NCBI GenBank assembly: GCA_021810245.1
Contig: JAJZJF010000004.1
Location: 1 to 62,588 of the forward strand
DNA length: 62,588 bases
Reading direction: 5' to 3'
Origin: a bacterium
Lineage (GTDB): Bacteria; Elusimicrobiota; Elusimicrobia; UBA1565; UBA9628
Positions 1-9,402 of this stretch are shown here, one piece after another (position 1 is the first letter of the stretch; each line of letters starts with the position of its first letter). The notes beneath the pieces were generated by a model. That model did no database searches, had not been told where the DNA came from, and saw only the letters and a program-made list of their open reading frames with translations. The position numbers were made by a program, and so were the translations under genes.

Positions 1-2
1 TA

Positions 3-449
3 ATGAAAATTACAAGTTCAGTTGAGTATGCGACGCGCTTGATCGTCGCTTTGGGTAAATTCTACGGCGGGGATTCAGTGTCTTCAAAAAAACTCGCGGA
101 AATTGAAAACATTCCGGCGGACTTTGTAGATCAAATACTGATGCACTTGCGCCGAGCGGGTTTGGTTGAAAGCCAGCGTGGCGCGGGAGGAGGCTACGCC
201 CTTTCCCGGCCTCCTTCTCAAATTAAGCTTGGAGACGTTTTGCGCGGAATGAACGGACGGATTTTAGAAGGGATATGCGAGAAATATGAGTCTGGCGCAA
301 GAGAATGCCGCCACCAGAGTTCTTGCGCGATTTCTCCGGTTTGGAAAAAATTAGGAGATCTCATCGAGAACTACCTTGATTCCGTGACAATTGAACAATT
401 GATGGGCGAACCAGAGGCGACTCTAATCGCGACAGAGGCGCTGAGATGA
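3..449 (+). CDS. Rrf2 family transcriptional regulator (IscR/NsrR-like)
   Basis: 148-aa ORF. Rrf2-type winged-helix N-terminus (SSVEYATRLIVAL ... AGLVESQRGAGGGYALSRP) and a C-x9-C-x5-C cysteine cluster. Stop overlaps the next start. Confidence 0.85.
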   Translation: MKITSSVEYATRLIVALGKFYGGDSVSSKKLAEIENIPADFVDQILMHLRRAGLVESQRGAGGGYALSRPPSQIKLGDVLRGMNGRILEGICEKYESGARECRHQSSCAISPVWKKLGDLIENYLDSVTIEQLMGEPEATLIATEALR

Positions 450-682
450 ATTCCGATCTAAGCGCGCGGGTTTTGAGCGCCTTAGATCAAGTCCGTCCCT
501 ATATCGAGATGGATGGAGGGAATGTTTCCTTGGTTGATGTCAACGCGACTACCGGAATTGTGCGCGTTTCTCTTAAAGGGGCTTGTCAGGGTTGCCCAAG
601 CGCGCAAGCGACTCTTAAGGGCGGAATTGAAAGAGCGGTCAAGTCCAAGGCGCCGGAAGTTAAAGCAGTTATCTTGGCGTGA
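446..682 (+). CDS. NifU C-terminal-domain-like Fe-S cluster assembly protein
   Basis: 78-aa ORF with the NifU-like motif LKGACQGCPSA (CxxC). Translationally coupled to the Rrf2 gene. Confidence 0.8.
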   Translation: MNSDLSARVLSALDQVRPYIEMDGGNVSLVDVNATTGIVRVSLKGACQGCPSAQATLKGGIERAVKSKAPEVKAVILA

Positions 683-1506
683 AGAAAATAGATTTTCACA
701 CTCATTCCCATTATTCAGACGGTACTTCTCGCCCTGAAGATCTCTCTCGGCGCGCGGGAAAAGCGGGCCTTGAACTTTTAATTTTAACCGATCACGATAC
801 CGTGGCGGGTTTTCCCGAATTGCTTGAGTCCGCCAAACTCTATAAAGTCTCAGTTGCCTGTGGAATTGAAATCAATACCGCCGATTCCGGGGTTCACATT
901 TTAGGCTACGGCTTTAAGTGGGATTCCCCCTTGCTGATGGAAACTTTGTCGGATTTTCGCGCGCGTCGGCGCTTGCGCGTTGAAAAAATGCTGGAAAAAC
1001 TCAGGTCTCTGGGGTTTCCAATTGATTTGGAGGATGTGGGCGAGGTCTCAAAAGAAAGTTTGGGCCGCCCCCATATCGCCGATGCCCTAGTCAAAAAGGG
1101 CCTGGTCAAAAGTCGCCAGGAAGCTTTTGATCGACTCTTAAGCGGGGGAAAGCCCGGATACGTTGAGTCCTTGGGCCCTTCTCCCAAAGAGGCCATTGAA
1201 CTCATTCGCGGTTTTGGCGGTTTTGCCTCCTTGGCGCATCCCCATATCGTCAAAAAATCCGAAAGGATTACTGAATGGATCGAATGGGGTCTTGAGGGCC
1301 TGGAAGGTTATTATGCCGATTTAAATCACCCGCAAAAATGGCGAGATTTAGCGAAAGAGAAGAATTTGCTTTTGACCGGCGGCAGCGATTTTCATGGTCC
1401 GGGCAGTGGTCGAGACAAGGTTTTTGGAGTTGAAATTCCAGATGAGGTTTACCAAGGGTTTCTCAAGCGATTGGAGGCGTGTCCAGATGGAATTTATCGC
1501 GCATAG
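679..1506 (+). CDS. PHP-domain phosphoesterase (TrpH/YciV-like)
   Basis: GTG start overlapping the upstream stop. PHP signature IDFHTHSHYSDG, LTDHDT, and C-terminal GGSDFHG. Confidence 0.8.
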   Translation: MKKIDFHTHSHYSDGTSRPEDLSRRAGKAGLELLILTDHDTVAGFPELLESAKLYKVSVACGIEINTADSGVHILGYGFKWDSPLLMETLSDFRARRRLRVEKMLEKLRSLGFPIDLEDVGEVSKESLGRPHIADALVKKGLVKSRQEAFDRLLSGGKPGYVESLGPSPKEAIELIRGFGGFASLAHPHIVKKSERITEWIEWGLEGLEGYYADLNHPQKWRDLAKEKNLLLTGGSDFHGPGSGRDKVFGVEIPDEVYQGFLKRLEACPDGIYRA

Positions 1507-2197
1507 AGGGGCCAGCGCTCACGCGCCGGAAAACACCTTGGCCTCTTTTAAAAAGGCCCTTGAGATGAAGGCGCGGTCTATTGAGCTGGATATCGCCGAA
1601 AGCCGAGATGGGCGCCTGGTCGTCATTCATGATGATAATCTCAAAAGGGTGGCGGGGATGCCTGGCCGCGTCGAGACCTACACCGCGGCGCAACTTAAAA
1701 AGATGGATGTCGGTTCCTGGTTCTCGGAAAAATATGCTCAAGAAGGCGTTCCCACGCTAGAAGATGTTTTTGAACTGGTCGGGAAAAAAGCGCAAATAAA
1801 TGTCGAAATGAAAGGCGGGTGCCGAATTTATCCTAAAATAGAAGAAAAGCTGTGCCGCTTATTGAAAAAGAGGGCTTTAAGGTCCCAAGTTTTAATTTCC
1901 AGTTTCGATCATGAGGCCTTGTTTCATTTTAGAGCCTTGGACTCCAAAGCCCGTATCGGTTATCTTTTGGGGAGAACATCCCTCTCAAGGGCTTTTGAGG
2001 AAATGGCGGATTTAAAGGCTGAGAGCTTGAACTTAAGCGCGAGGCAGGTGAGCGCTCAAATTGTCTCTCAAGCCCATCGCAAGGGGTTTAAAGTTTTGGC
2101 GTATACGGTCAATAAAATTCAAGAGGCCAGGCGCTTGGCCAAGATAGGAGTAGACGGAATTTTTACTAATTTTCCGGAAATGAAAAATGACTTCTAA
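1487..2197 (+). CDS. glycerophosphodiester phosphodiesterase
   Basis: GDPD signatures IAHRGAS..APENT, IELDI, VIHDD. Start moved from 1394 to ATG 1487 (MEFIAHRG), because the upstream part of the ORF lies inside the PHP gene. Confidence 0.8.
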   Translation: MEFIAHRGASAHAPENTLASFKKALEMKARSIELDIAESRDGRLVVIHDDNLKRVAGMPGRVETYTAAQLKKMDVGSWFSEKYAQEGVPTLEDVFELVGKKAQINVEMKGGCRIYPKIEEKLCRLLKKRALRSQVLISSFDHEALFHFRALDSKARIGYLLGRTSLSRAFEEMADLKAESLNLSARQVSAQIVSQAHRKGFKVLAYTVNKIQEARRLAKIGVDGIFTNFPEMKNDF

Positions 2198-3251
2198 AAC
2201 TCTCTTAAAATCTCCAAAACCGACGGCAAAAGATATCGAGCTTGAGGCTGAGCGCCTGTTTTCAAAGGGTCTTGGAGATTTAGGGTATTCTGAAGAGGAT
2301 CTGCTTCGCTGCGCGGATCTGACGTGGGAAATCAACGCCCTTAAGAAGGAAAGAAATGCCGTCATCCCGGCGCATGTCTATGAGCGCGCCGAGATTTTGC
2401 ACGGAGTGGCTGATTTTATCGGAGATTCTTACAAACTCGCCCGCCTCTGCCAGGGAAATTCCGCTGAGCGCATCATTTTTTGCGGCGTGCGCTTCATGGC
2501 CGAAACGGCCAAGATTTTAAATCCGGAAAAAGAGGTTTTATTGCCGGCTCCAGAGGCGGGGTGCTCTCTTTCTGAAAGTATCGCTCCCGAAGACGTTCGC
2601 CGTTTGCGCGCGGAACACCCCGAGGCTCCAGTCGCGACCTATATTAATACCTCGGCCGCGGTCAAGGCAGAATCCGATGTGATTGTCACTAGCGCCAACG
2701 CGCCAAAAATTCTCTCAAAACTATTTGAGACGCACAAGAAAGTCATTTTTTTACCGGATGAGATGATGGGAAAAAATTTGGCGAAAGCGCTGAACAAAAA
2801 AATCGGCAGCGAGCTCGTTGTTTGGAAGGGGAGCTGTATTGTCCATGAAAATTTCGACGCTTCTTCAATTGAATATTACCGGAAAATTTATCCTGGGGTC
2901 AAAATTTTAGCGCATTCCGAATGTAGCCCCAGTCTTGTTTCGCTGGTTGACTTAGTCGGCGGAACCGGGGATATGATGCGCTATGTCGAGAAAACCAAGG
3001 CGCCCCATTACATGCTCATTACCGAGTGTGGGCTTGGCGATTTAGCGCGAACGAAATTTCCCGAAAAGATTTTCGTGCCGATGTGTCGTTTGTGCCCCCA
3101 TATGCGGGCGACGGATTTAAAGGCTATCTTGCGCGCTTTGGAAAATCCGCGTCCATCCAGCGTCATCGAGGTGTCCTCTGAAATCGCCTCGCGCGCCAAG
3201 CGCCCGATTGAAAAAATGTTTGAGATGGCCGAGGACGGAGCCGCGCTTTAA
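2187..3251 (+). CDS. nadA: quinolinate synthase
   Basis: 354-aa ORF with NadA-like segments (VRFMAETAKIL, GCSLSE, TYINTSAAVKA, AHSECS, ITECG). Overlaps both neighbours. Confidence 0.85.
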   Translation: MTSKTLLKSPKPTAKDIELEAERLFSKGLGDLGYSEEDLLRCADLTWEINALKKERNAVIPAHVYERAEILHGVADFIGDSYKLARLCQGNSAERIIFCGVRFMAETAKILNPEKEVLLPAPEAGCSLSESIAPEDVRRLRAEHPEAPVATYINTSAAVKAESDVIVTSANAPKILSKLFETHKKVIFLPDEMMGKNLAKALNKKIGSELVVWKGSCIVHENFDASSIEYYRKIYPGVKILAHSECSPSLVSLVDLVGGTGDMMRYVEKTKAPHYMLITECGLGDLARTKFPEKIFVPMCRLCPHMRATDLKAILRALENPRPSSVIEVSSEIASRAKRPIEKMFEMAEDGAAL

Positions 3252-4480
3252 TGGGCAACGGCTGGGGCGCGCTTTCTGGGGCTTCTAAACCGGCTTTAGA
3301 TTTTGATCCTCATTTTTTTTCGCGCGTTCTTGCGGGTTGTGAGACTCATCTGAGTCAAAACCAATCCCCAAATTTGGAACTCCTCGGTTTTCTTCTCTAC
3401 GCGGCGGCTGAGAAAAAAGAAATCAACCAGGAACTTGTTAAGAATAAATTATTAGAGGCCGCCCAAAGATTTTCCGATCCTCAATCTTTTCTTCCTGCCG
3501 ACTCGGAACAGAATTTTTTTATCGCCTCTCAATGGACGCGGCTTTTTTTTGACGCATTCTCTTTGTTTCAGATAGAAAAATTTAGAGAATCTGGACGGAG
3601 CTTGATTGAATTCTTGGACGGTTTTTATGATTCTCAGCTGGGATTTTTTGTTTCTTTAAAAGAAAAAGAAACGGGAAAGGCTCTGGATAATGCTTTGGGA
3701 GCCTGGGCTTTTTTATCGGCCTGGCCTCATCTTAAAAATCAGGAAATTCAAAAAAAAGCCGAGCGCGCGCTCAAATTCATTCAAGAGAAACTCTATGATC
3801 CTTTGCTGGGCCTAGTGAGTCAGTTCCCGCCCAATTCTTCGAGTTTAGAATACGGGCGTTTGGCGGATTCTTCTTGGGCCGCCTTAGCATTGACAGAGGC
3901 CTATCTTCAAAGCGGAAAAAAATCCTATCGCGATTTCGCCGATACTTTAGCCAAATATCTTTTTCAGGAATTGTGGGATAGAGACAAGGGAGCCTTTTTG
4001 TCTCGCCCAGGCATGGAATCTTCTCAAGGCGGCGTTTCGCCGCGGCTCATTTTAGACAACGCGATAGCCTTGGAGGCGCTTTGGAGATTGGGCTATTTAA
4101 AAGGGCAAAACACTTATTTTAAATGGATTGACTTGGCTCTCCACCGGTTTTTAGATCAAGCTGATTCTGCAGATGCCGCGGTTTATCTCGCGAAAATATT
4201 GGATATGCGTCTCCAAGGTCGAATCGAGCTTGAGATTGTCGGTCGCTCAAATCAAGCGGCTTTTCAAAAAATACTTGAGGCCTTGGCTTCTCTATACGCG
4301 CCTAGAAAAATTATTTCTTTTATCGATCCTGACGACCAGGACTATATCCTAGCCCACGGTCTTGATGCGGAATCTTATCCGCGTCTTTTCGGCTGCGTCG
4401 ATCTAAAAAGGCGGGCCGATACGGCAGAAGCGACCCCCGATGCGGTTGCATTCGTTCTTAATGCCGCCTGGCGCCGCTAA
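3251..4480 (+). CDS. hypothetical protein (weak resemblance to the alpha/alpha-barrel C-terminal part of YyaL/SSP411-type proteins)
   Basis: 409-aa ORF. ATG overlaps the nadA stop and it is the last gene before a terminator. Function is not supported by clear motifs. Confidence 0.5.
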   Translation: MGNGWGALSGASKPALDFDPHFFSRVLAGCETHLSQNQSPNLELLGFLLYAAAEKKEINQELVKNKLLEAAQRFSDPQSFLPADSEQNFFIASQWTRLFFDAFSLFQIEKFRESGRSLIEFLDGFYDSQLGFFVSLKEKETGKALDNALGAWAFLSAWPHLKNQEIQKKAERALKFIQEKLYDPLLGLVSQFPPNSSSLEYGRLADSSWAALALTEAYLQSGKKSYRDFADTLAKYLFQELWDRDKGAFLSRPGMESSQGGVSPRLILDNAIALEALWRLGYLKGQNTYFKWIDLALHRFLDQADSADAAVYLAKILDMRLQGRIELEIVGRSNQAAFQKILEALASLYAPRKIISFIDPDDQDYILAHGLDAESYPRLFGCVDLKRRADTAEATPDAVAFVLNAAWRR

Positions 4481-4506
4481 AAAAGGGACAGTCCCTTTTT
4501 CTTTTT
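4479..4506. terminator. bidirectional intrinsic terminator (palindrome AAAAAGGGAC-A-GTCCCTTTTT)
   Basis: Perfect palindrome flanked by an A-run and a T-run. It lies between the convergent 3251..4480 CDS and tRNA-His. Confidence 0.7.
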
Positions 4507-4513
4507 ACAAAAG

Positions 4514-4591
4514 TGGGGTGGCTGAGGGGACTTGAACCCCCGACCTCCTGGTTCACAGCCAGGCGCTCTAACCAACTGAGCTACAGCCACC
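4514..4591 (-). tRNA. tRNA-His (anticodon GTG)
   Basis: The reverse complement folds as a cloverleaf: extra G(-1), acceptor GTGGCTG/CAGCCAC, anticodon loop CTGTGAA, T-arm GGGGG-TTCAAGT-CCCCT, discriminator C, encoded CCA. Confidence 0.9.
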
Positions 4592-4655
4592 AAGAACCGC
4601 CGTTATTATACTATTTCGCCCGAGGGGGGGCAAAAAATAGTATATTCAAGTTAGG

Positions 4656-5366
4656 ATGGCTTTTTTAAAGAGCGAAGCGCCTAATTGCGACTGGTGTCCG
4701 CACAAGAAAACCTGTTTTTATAATTTCTTGGGGGATGCCGAGTCCAAAAAGGCTTGGCGGGAGATGCGGGTCGCGTCTCGCTTTAAATCCGGGGAAATTG
4801 TTTTCCATGAGGGAACCCCGGCCCCGGGTCTCTATGTCATTTGTAAGGGAAGCGCGAAGGTCTATAAATCGACCAGAACCGGCCAGCAATTAATCGCGCG
4901 CATCGAGCTTGCGGGAGATCTCTTGGGGCATATCACGCTTTTGGCCGATGAAGGTCCTTACACCGGGACCGCCGAAACCCTGGAACCAAGCGTTATTTCC
5001 ATGATAGACTCAAAGAGTTTCTTTGATTTCTTGGCGCGATTTTCCGACGCCACTCGCGCTCTTTTGCGGGAGTTGTCTCGCGACGTTCGTCGGGGAGAAA
5101 ACAAAGCTCGTGACATCGCTTTTAAATCCGCCAAATCCCGCATTGCCGATACCTTGATTCGGACCGCGCGGCCTCAGGGAAAATCCTATCCCCTTTTCAT
5201 CAACATCAAGAGAAAAGACTTGGCTGAGATGGCGGGACTCACTTTAGAAACCTCGGTTCGCACTCTTCATGAGCTTGAGCTCAAAGGCTTGATTAAACGC
5301 GAGGAAAAAAGCATCAAGATACTCAAAGAAGAAGAGTTAAAACGCCTAGCCTCTTCTTCCAGCTAA
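4656..5366 (+). CDS. Crp/Fnr family transcriptional regulator, FNR-like
   Basis: 236-aa ORF with an N-terminal C-x2-C-x5-C cluster (CDWCPHKKTC), spaced as in FNR. Also a cNMP-binding-type beta-roll and a C-terminal HTH (RKDLAEMAGLTLETSVRTLHELE). Confidence 0.8.
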   Translation: MAFLKSEAPNCDWCPHKKTCFYNFLGDAESKKAWREMRVASRFKSGEIVFHEGTPAPGLYVICKGSAKVYKSTRTGQQLIARIELAGDLLGHITLLADEGPYTGTAETLEPSVISMIDSKSFFDFLARFSDATRALLRELSRDVRRGENKARDIAFKSAKSRIADTLIRTARPQGKSYPLFINIKRKDLAEMAGLTLETSVRTLHELELKGLIKREEKSIKILKEEELKRLASSSS

Positions 5367-5385
5367 GGGACGATTCCTAAATTCC

Positions 5386-6012
5386 TTAAGTTCCAAAAAT
5401 CCTGTCGCCGGCGTCTCCAAGCCCCGGGACGATGTATCCGGATTTGTTTAATATCGGATCAATGACGGCGGTGTAGATGGGAACGTCGGGATGGGCTTCC
5501 TGAACGCGCTTAATTCCCGCCTTACAGGAAAGAAGAGTCAAAAGATAGATTTGTCTCGCGCCATCGGTTTTAAGAATTTGAATCGCCTCGGAGGCCGAGC
5601 CGCCGGTGGCAAGCATCGGGTCACAGAGTAGGACAAAGGATTCTGAGATTTGTTTGGGGAGTCTCACGTAATAGCGAACCGGGTTTAATGATTCCTCGTT
5701 GCGATAGAGCCCGATATGCCCAATCTGAGCGTTGGGAACTATTGCGCTGACTCCATTGACCATTCCGAGTCCGGCGCGCAAAATGGCGATGAGAGCGATT
5801 TCCTGATCGATATATTCCGCCGGGGCGCTTTTAAGCGGGGTTTGAACCAAGGATCTGCGGGTTCTGAGACCTTTAAAAATATCATAGGCCATTAAAGCCG
5901 AAATTTCTCCAAGGATGCGGCGGAAATCCTCGGGGCGAGTGCGCTTATCTCTCAGGGCCGAGAGTTTATCCTGGACCAGAGGGTGAGAACAGATGTTGAC
6001 TTTCGCGGGCAT
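5386..6012 (-). CDS. upp: uracil phosphoribosyltransferase
   Basis: 208-aa ORF. PRPP-binding motif VLLCDPMLATGGS and C-terminal GYIVPGLGDAGDRIFGT, typical of Upp. Confidence 0.9.
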   Translation of the reverse strand: MPAKVNICSHPLVQDKLSALRDKRTRPEDFRRILGEISALMAYDIFKGLRTRRSLVQTPLKSAPAEYIDQEIALIAILRAGLGMVNGVSAIVPNAQIGHIGLYRNEESLNPVRYYVRLPKQISESFVLLCDPMLATGGSASEAIQILKTDGARQIYLLTLLSCKAGIKRVQEAHPDVPIYTAVIDPILNKSGYIVPGLGDAGDRIFGT

Positions 6013-6013
6013 A

Positions 6014-7324
6014 TTAGGCTCCTAGCGTTTTGATGACGACGGGCTTTTCTTTCGTTGGGTTTGACGAGAGCAAAAAACCTTCTTTAAATCGAGACAGAGC
6101 CTCTTTTATTTTTTTCTCATCGCGGGCATAAAAAGCGGCGATGGCGTCTGCGGACTTAACTTTGTCTCCGGTCTTTTTGAAAAAACAAATTCCCGCGCCG
6201 TAATCGATCTGGTCTTCCGCCCGGCTTCTCCCGGCTCCCAATAAAACCGCCGCCTCTCCGGTTTTCCGGGCGTCGATGCGCGAGATAAATCCGGATTGCG
6301 CGGCTTTAAAGAGAATCATTTTTTTTGCCTTTGGGAGAAGAGAAGGGTTGTTTAAGACGCGAGCGTCTCCACCTTGACAGACGATGATTTGCTTCATGCG
6401 TCTTAAAGCTTGCCCATTTTTAAGGAGTTTTTCCAGTTTCTCCCGGCCCTCGTCAACGCTTCTTGCCTTGCGGGCAATTTTGAGAGCCCAAGCTCCCAAA
6501 GAAAGCGTGCACTCCACAAAATCGCGGGCGGAAAAATCGCCGCTGAGAACTTCGACGGCTTGCTTGACCTCAAGCGCGTTTCCGACGGCTTGTCCCAAGG
6601 GCTCTTCCATGCGGGTTAAAACCGCGACGGCTTTAAGTTTTAATCTGCGGCTGGTTTCAATGAGGGCCTCGGCTAAACTCTCGGCTTCTTGCGCCGTTTT
6701 AAAGATGGCGCCGGAGCCGACCTTGATATCCAAAACCAACCCGTCTAAATCCTCCGCCATTTTCTTTGAAAGAATGCTTGAAACGATTAGCGGCACGGAA
6801 TCGACCGTTGAGGTAGCGTCGCGGAGTTGATAGAGTTTCCTGTCGGCGGGGGCGATATTTTGGTTTTGGCCAAAAAGACAGACGCCGATTTTTTTGAGCT
6901 GGGATTCTATTTCGGATTTTGAAAACCTGACGCGAAAGCCGGGAATAGATTCGAGCTTGTCCAAGGTCCCGCCGGTGTGACCGAGGCCTCGTCCCGACAT
7001 CATCGGGATTATCATCCCCGCTTCCGCTAAAAGCGGGGCGAGAACTAGCGAAACTCCGTCTCCCACTCCGCCGGTTGAATGTTTGTCGATTTTCGGGCTT
7101 TTAATTTTTTTTAAATCGAGAATTTCTCCGGACTGAGCCATCGCTTTTGTCCATTCCGCGATTTCATCTTTATCCATTTTGCGCCAGAGAGCGGCCATGA
7201 GCCAGGCGGAAAGTTGATAGTCCGGAACGGCTCCTGAAGCGGCCGATTCGGCGATAAAGCGCAATTCCTCGGGAGAATGGGAAAATCCTAATTTTTTTTT
7301 CTCGATAAGATCAATGAAGCGCAA
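6014..7324 (-). CDS. deoA: thymidine / pyrimidine-nucleoside phosphorylase
   Basis: 436-aa ORF with hallmark DKHSTGGVGD and SGRGLGHTGGTLDKLE motifs. Confidence 0.9.
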   Translation of the reverse strand: MRFIDLIEKKKLGFSHSPEELRFIAESAASGAVPDYQLSAWLMAALWRKMDKDEIAEWTKAMAQSGEILDLKKIKSPKIDKHSTGGVGDGVSLVLAPLLAEAGMIIPMMSGRGLGHTGGTLDKLESIPGFRVRFSKSEIESQLKKIGVCLFGQNQNIAPADRKLYQLRDATSTVDSVPLIVSSILSKKMAEDLDGLVLDIKVGSGAIFKTAQEAESLAEALIETSRRLKLKAVAVLTRMEEPLGQAVGNALEVKQAVEVLSGDFSARDFVECTLSLGAWALKIARKARSVDEGREKLEKLLKNGQALRRMKQIIVCQGGDARVLNNPSLLPKAKKMILFKAAQSGFISRIDARKTGEAAVLLGAGRSRAEDQIDYGAGICFFKKTGDKVKSADAIAAFYARDEKKIKEALSRFKEGFLLSSNPTKEKPVVIKTLGA

Positions 7325-8138
7325 TCAACTCTCCCAACAGCTTCCCAATTGAGCTTGAAACTTTTTCCCCTAAAGACAAGACTTCATCGTGGCTGAGAAG
7401 CGCGCCTTGAATTCCGCTTCCCATATTGGAAACCCAGGTCAACGCCGAGGTTTTAATTCCCATCTGGGCTGCCGCGATGACTTCCGGGACCACCGACATT
7501 CCAACGACGTCTCCTCCCAATTTACGAAACGCGCGGATTTCAGAGGGGGTCTCGTAAGAAGGGCCGGAGACGGCGACATAAACTCCCGATTGCGCGCGGA
7601 TTTTAAGTTTTCGGCAGAGCGACAAGGCCGTTTGGACCATCCCAGGATCGTAAGCGCAACTGAGATCGGGAAACATTGCCCCAAATTCCGCGGCGATGAG
7701 GCCTCTTAGTGGGTTTTGCCCCATGAGATTAATATGATCTTTAATAACCACGACGCTTCCTGGCTTAATTTTTTTATCGAGAGACCCCACGGCGGCGGTG
7801 ATGAGCAGAGACTCAATGCCTAAATTTTTAAGGACGCGCAGCGGAAACGTGACTTCGGATAAATCATGGCCTTCATAATAATGAAGGCGTCCCTGCATGA
7901 TGACGACCGGAAAGCCCCGATATTCGCCGAAGATAAGTCGGCCTAAATGTCCGGCGACATTGGTTTTGGGAAAACCGGGAATGTCCTGATAGGGAATTTC
8001 CCGGCGCTTTTCCAACTTGGGAGCGGCTTTTGAAAGCCCGCTGCCTAAAATCACTCCGGCACGGGGTTTGATCTCTGTCTGTTTGCGGATAAATTTGGCT
8101 GATTCCTCGATCATCTCAAGATAAATTCGCGTATTCAT
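7311..8138 (-). CDS. punA: purine nucleoside phosphorylase (PNP/MTAP family)
   Basis: Motifs ILGSGLS, GRLHYYEGH, VGMSVVPEV. Start set at ATG 8138 (MNTRIYLE). The 46-codon Arg/Ala-rich upstream extension to 8276 looks non-coding. Confidence 0.85.
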   Translation of the reverse strand: MNTRIYLEMIEESAKFIRKQTEIKPRAGVILGSGLSKAAPKLEKRREIPYQDIPGFPKTNVAGHLGRLIFGEYRGFPVVIMQGRLHYYEGHDLSEVTFPLRVLKNLGIESLLITAAVGSLDKKIKPGSVVVIKDHINLMGQNPLRGLIAAEFGAMFPDLSCAYDPGMVQTALSLCRKLKIRAQSGVYVAVSGPSYETPSEIRAFRKLGGDVVGMSVVPEVIAAAQMGIKTSALTWVSNMGSGIQGALLSHDEVLSLGEKVSSSIGKLLGELIALH

Positions 8139-8274
8139 TTCGTCTTGAATTCTAGCACATCCGGCGGCGGGTGCGCCGTTTGCCCGAGGAGAAAGGCTTT
8201 TGGGGATTTTTCTTGCGCGGCTTGCCCCCCTTGTCTCGCACAAGCGGGCCGCGTAGGCCTTCATGCGTGCCGGC

Positions 8275-8298
8275 AAAAAAAGGGACAGTCCCTTTTTT
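8275..8298. terminator. terminator-like palindrome, second copy of AAAAAGGGACAGTCCCTTTTT
   Basis: Same 21-mer as at 4480-4500. Located in a divergent intergenic region, so its target transcript is unclear. Confidence 0.45.
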
Positions 8299-8380
8299 AT
8301 TTTCTCTACAGAAACACGCGCTCTTATCGGCGTTTGCTGTTTGAAAATCCAGAATTGTGACGATTAATCGCTCAGCCTCC

Positions 8381-8446
8381 TAGGTCCTTTCCCAGGGCCC
8401 ATCTAGGCCTTTGGGGCTATGTTATTTTCCTTGGGCGTGGTATCAT
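8381..8446 (+). promoter_or_regulatory. phased TAGG direct-repeat module plus -10-like TATCAT (copy 1)
   Basis: TAGG at 8381 and 8404 (23 nt apart). Proximal 16-mer is TAGGCCTTTGGGGCTA. TATCAT at 8441-8446 lies 37 nt from the proximal TAGG. The downstream part GGGCGTGGTATCATAAGG resembles copy 4. Confidence 0.5.
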
Positions 8447-8559
8447 AAGGCATAGTGATTACTTTGCCAAAGTCGCCTTTTATCCGCGAAGTGGTCGCCT
8501 CCAATCAGCGCTCGCGCTTGATCATGATTCATTATACCAGCGCTATGTGATATCGCGTC

Positions 8560-9402
8560 ATGAGAAAAGTTATATGGAATTTTTTGTTGATTCTTCTAGG
8601 GCTTCTTCTACTGCCTCACTCTGCCTTTGCTCATTTGAGTTTAGATTATAGTGAGGTGGCGCCCCTTTCTGGAGGTAGCGGTTGGAATCAGTTCAACTGG
8701 AATGCCGCTTGGAATTCCTCCAAAAGCGGATTTGGAATATCTTTTTCCAACTATTACGCCGATTTCACTCATGGCAACTATCAAACTACAGCTCTGAGCG
8801 CCAACCATCAATTTGGATCTCAAACACTCAAGGCGCTCATTGGCTTAACCCCCAGCAATAATGGTTATGGCAATTCTTTTTTTCAGCTGGAAAACAGCTT
8901 TCCCCTAATGGACAATCATCTGCATGTATCGGGAGGGCTCACGCGAATTAACTATTGGGACAATCAAAATAGCGCAACCGCTAGCGCTACAAACGCCCAA
9001 ACTGATGTTCTTGAAAAGATCCATTGGGACATTGATTGGGGTAAAATAGAATTAGAGTCAATCCAATCTTTATACGATAAAAACCCCGATCTCACGGACA
9101 TCAGGGCGGTGTTTGATCAGGAAATTGGCGGAATGACCGCGCCTTTCTGGGGATTGTGGCCAAGCATTAGTTCAAAAATAAATCTTCAATCTAATCCTTT
9201 GTTTGGCGGAATATCTCCATTTATTTCTTACGTCCACACGACCTTGCGGCTTGGATTGCCAAGCTGGGACTCATATACGGCAGGTTTGGCCCTCAACTTA
9301 AAACTAGGCACGATTTCTCTTTCATATTCCTACTGGGATCAACCCACTTATTTTCCGCATGCCAATTATCTTTTCTTCGATATCAGCTTAAAAAGATTTT
9401 AA
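8560..9402 (+). CDS. hypothetical exported protein, probable outer-membrane beta-barrel
   Basis: Signal peptide MRKVIWNFLLILLGLLLLPHSAFA. Aromatic/Gly/Asn-rich alternating sequence with a C-terminal Phe (ISLKRF). Confidence 0.6.
   Translation: MRKVIWNFLLILLGLLLLPHSAFAHLSLDYSEVAPLSGGSGWNQFNWNAAWNSSKSGFGISFSNYYADFTHGNYQTTALSANHQFGSQTLKALIGLTPSNNGYGNSFFQLENSFPLMDNHLHVSGGLTRINYWDNQNSATASATNAQTDVLEKIHWDIDWGKIELESIQSLYDKNPDLTDIRAVFDQEIGGMTAPFWGLWPSISSKINLQSNPLFGGISPFISYVHTTLRLGLPSWDSYTAGLALNLKLGTISLSYSYWDQPTYFPHANYLFFDISLKRF

Noticed and set aside
513-737. A 74-aa ORF overlapping the NifU-like and PHP genes.
   Set aside because: It is out of frame with two motif-supported genes, and its product is Arg/Lys-rich and nonsensical.
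8139-8276. The longer punA ORF starting at 8276 (MPARMKAYAARL...).
   Set aside because: The extension is Arg/Ala-rich and has no counterpart in the PNP family. It would begin immediately at the terminator-like palindrome. ATG 8138 gives a canonical N-terminus.
8455-8550. A 31-codon GTG-initiated ORF, 8 nt after the TATCAT of module copy 1, as a possible leaderless micro-protein or uORF.
   Set aside because: The only support is positional analogy with the other modules. It has a non-ATG start, no recognisable peptide features, and no way to test conservation here.
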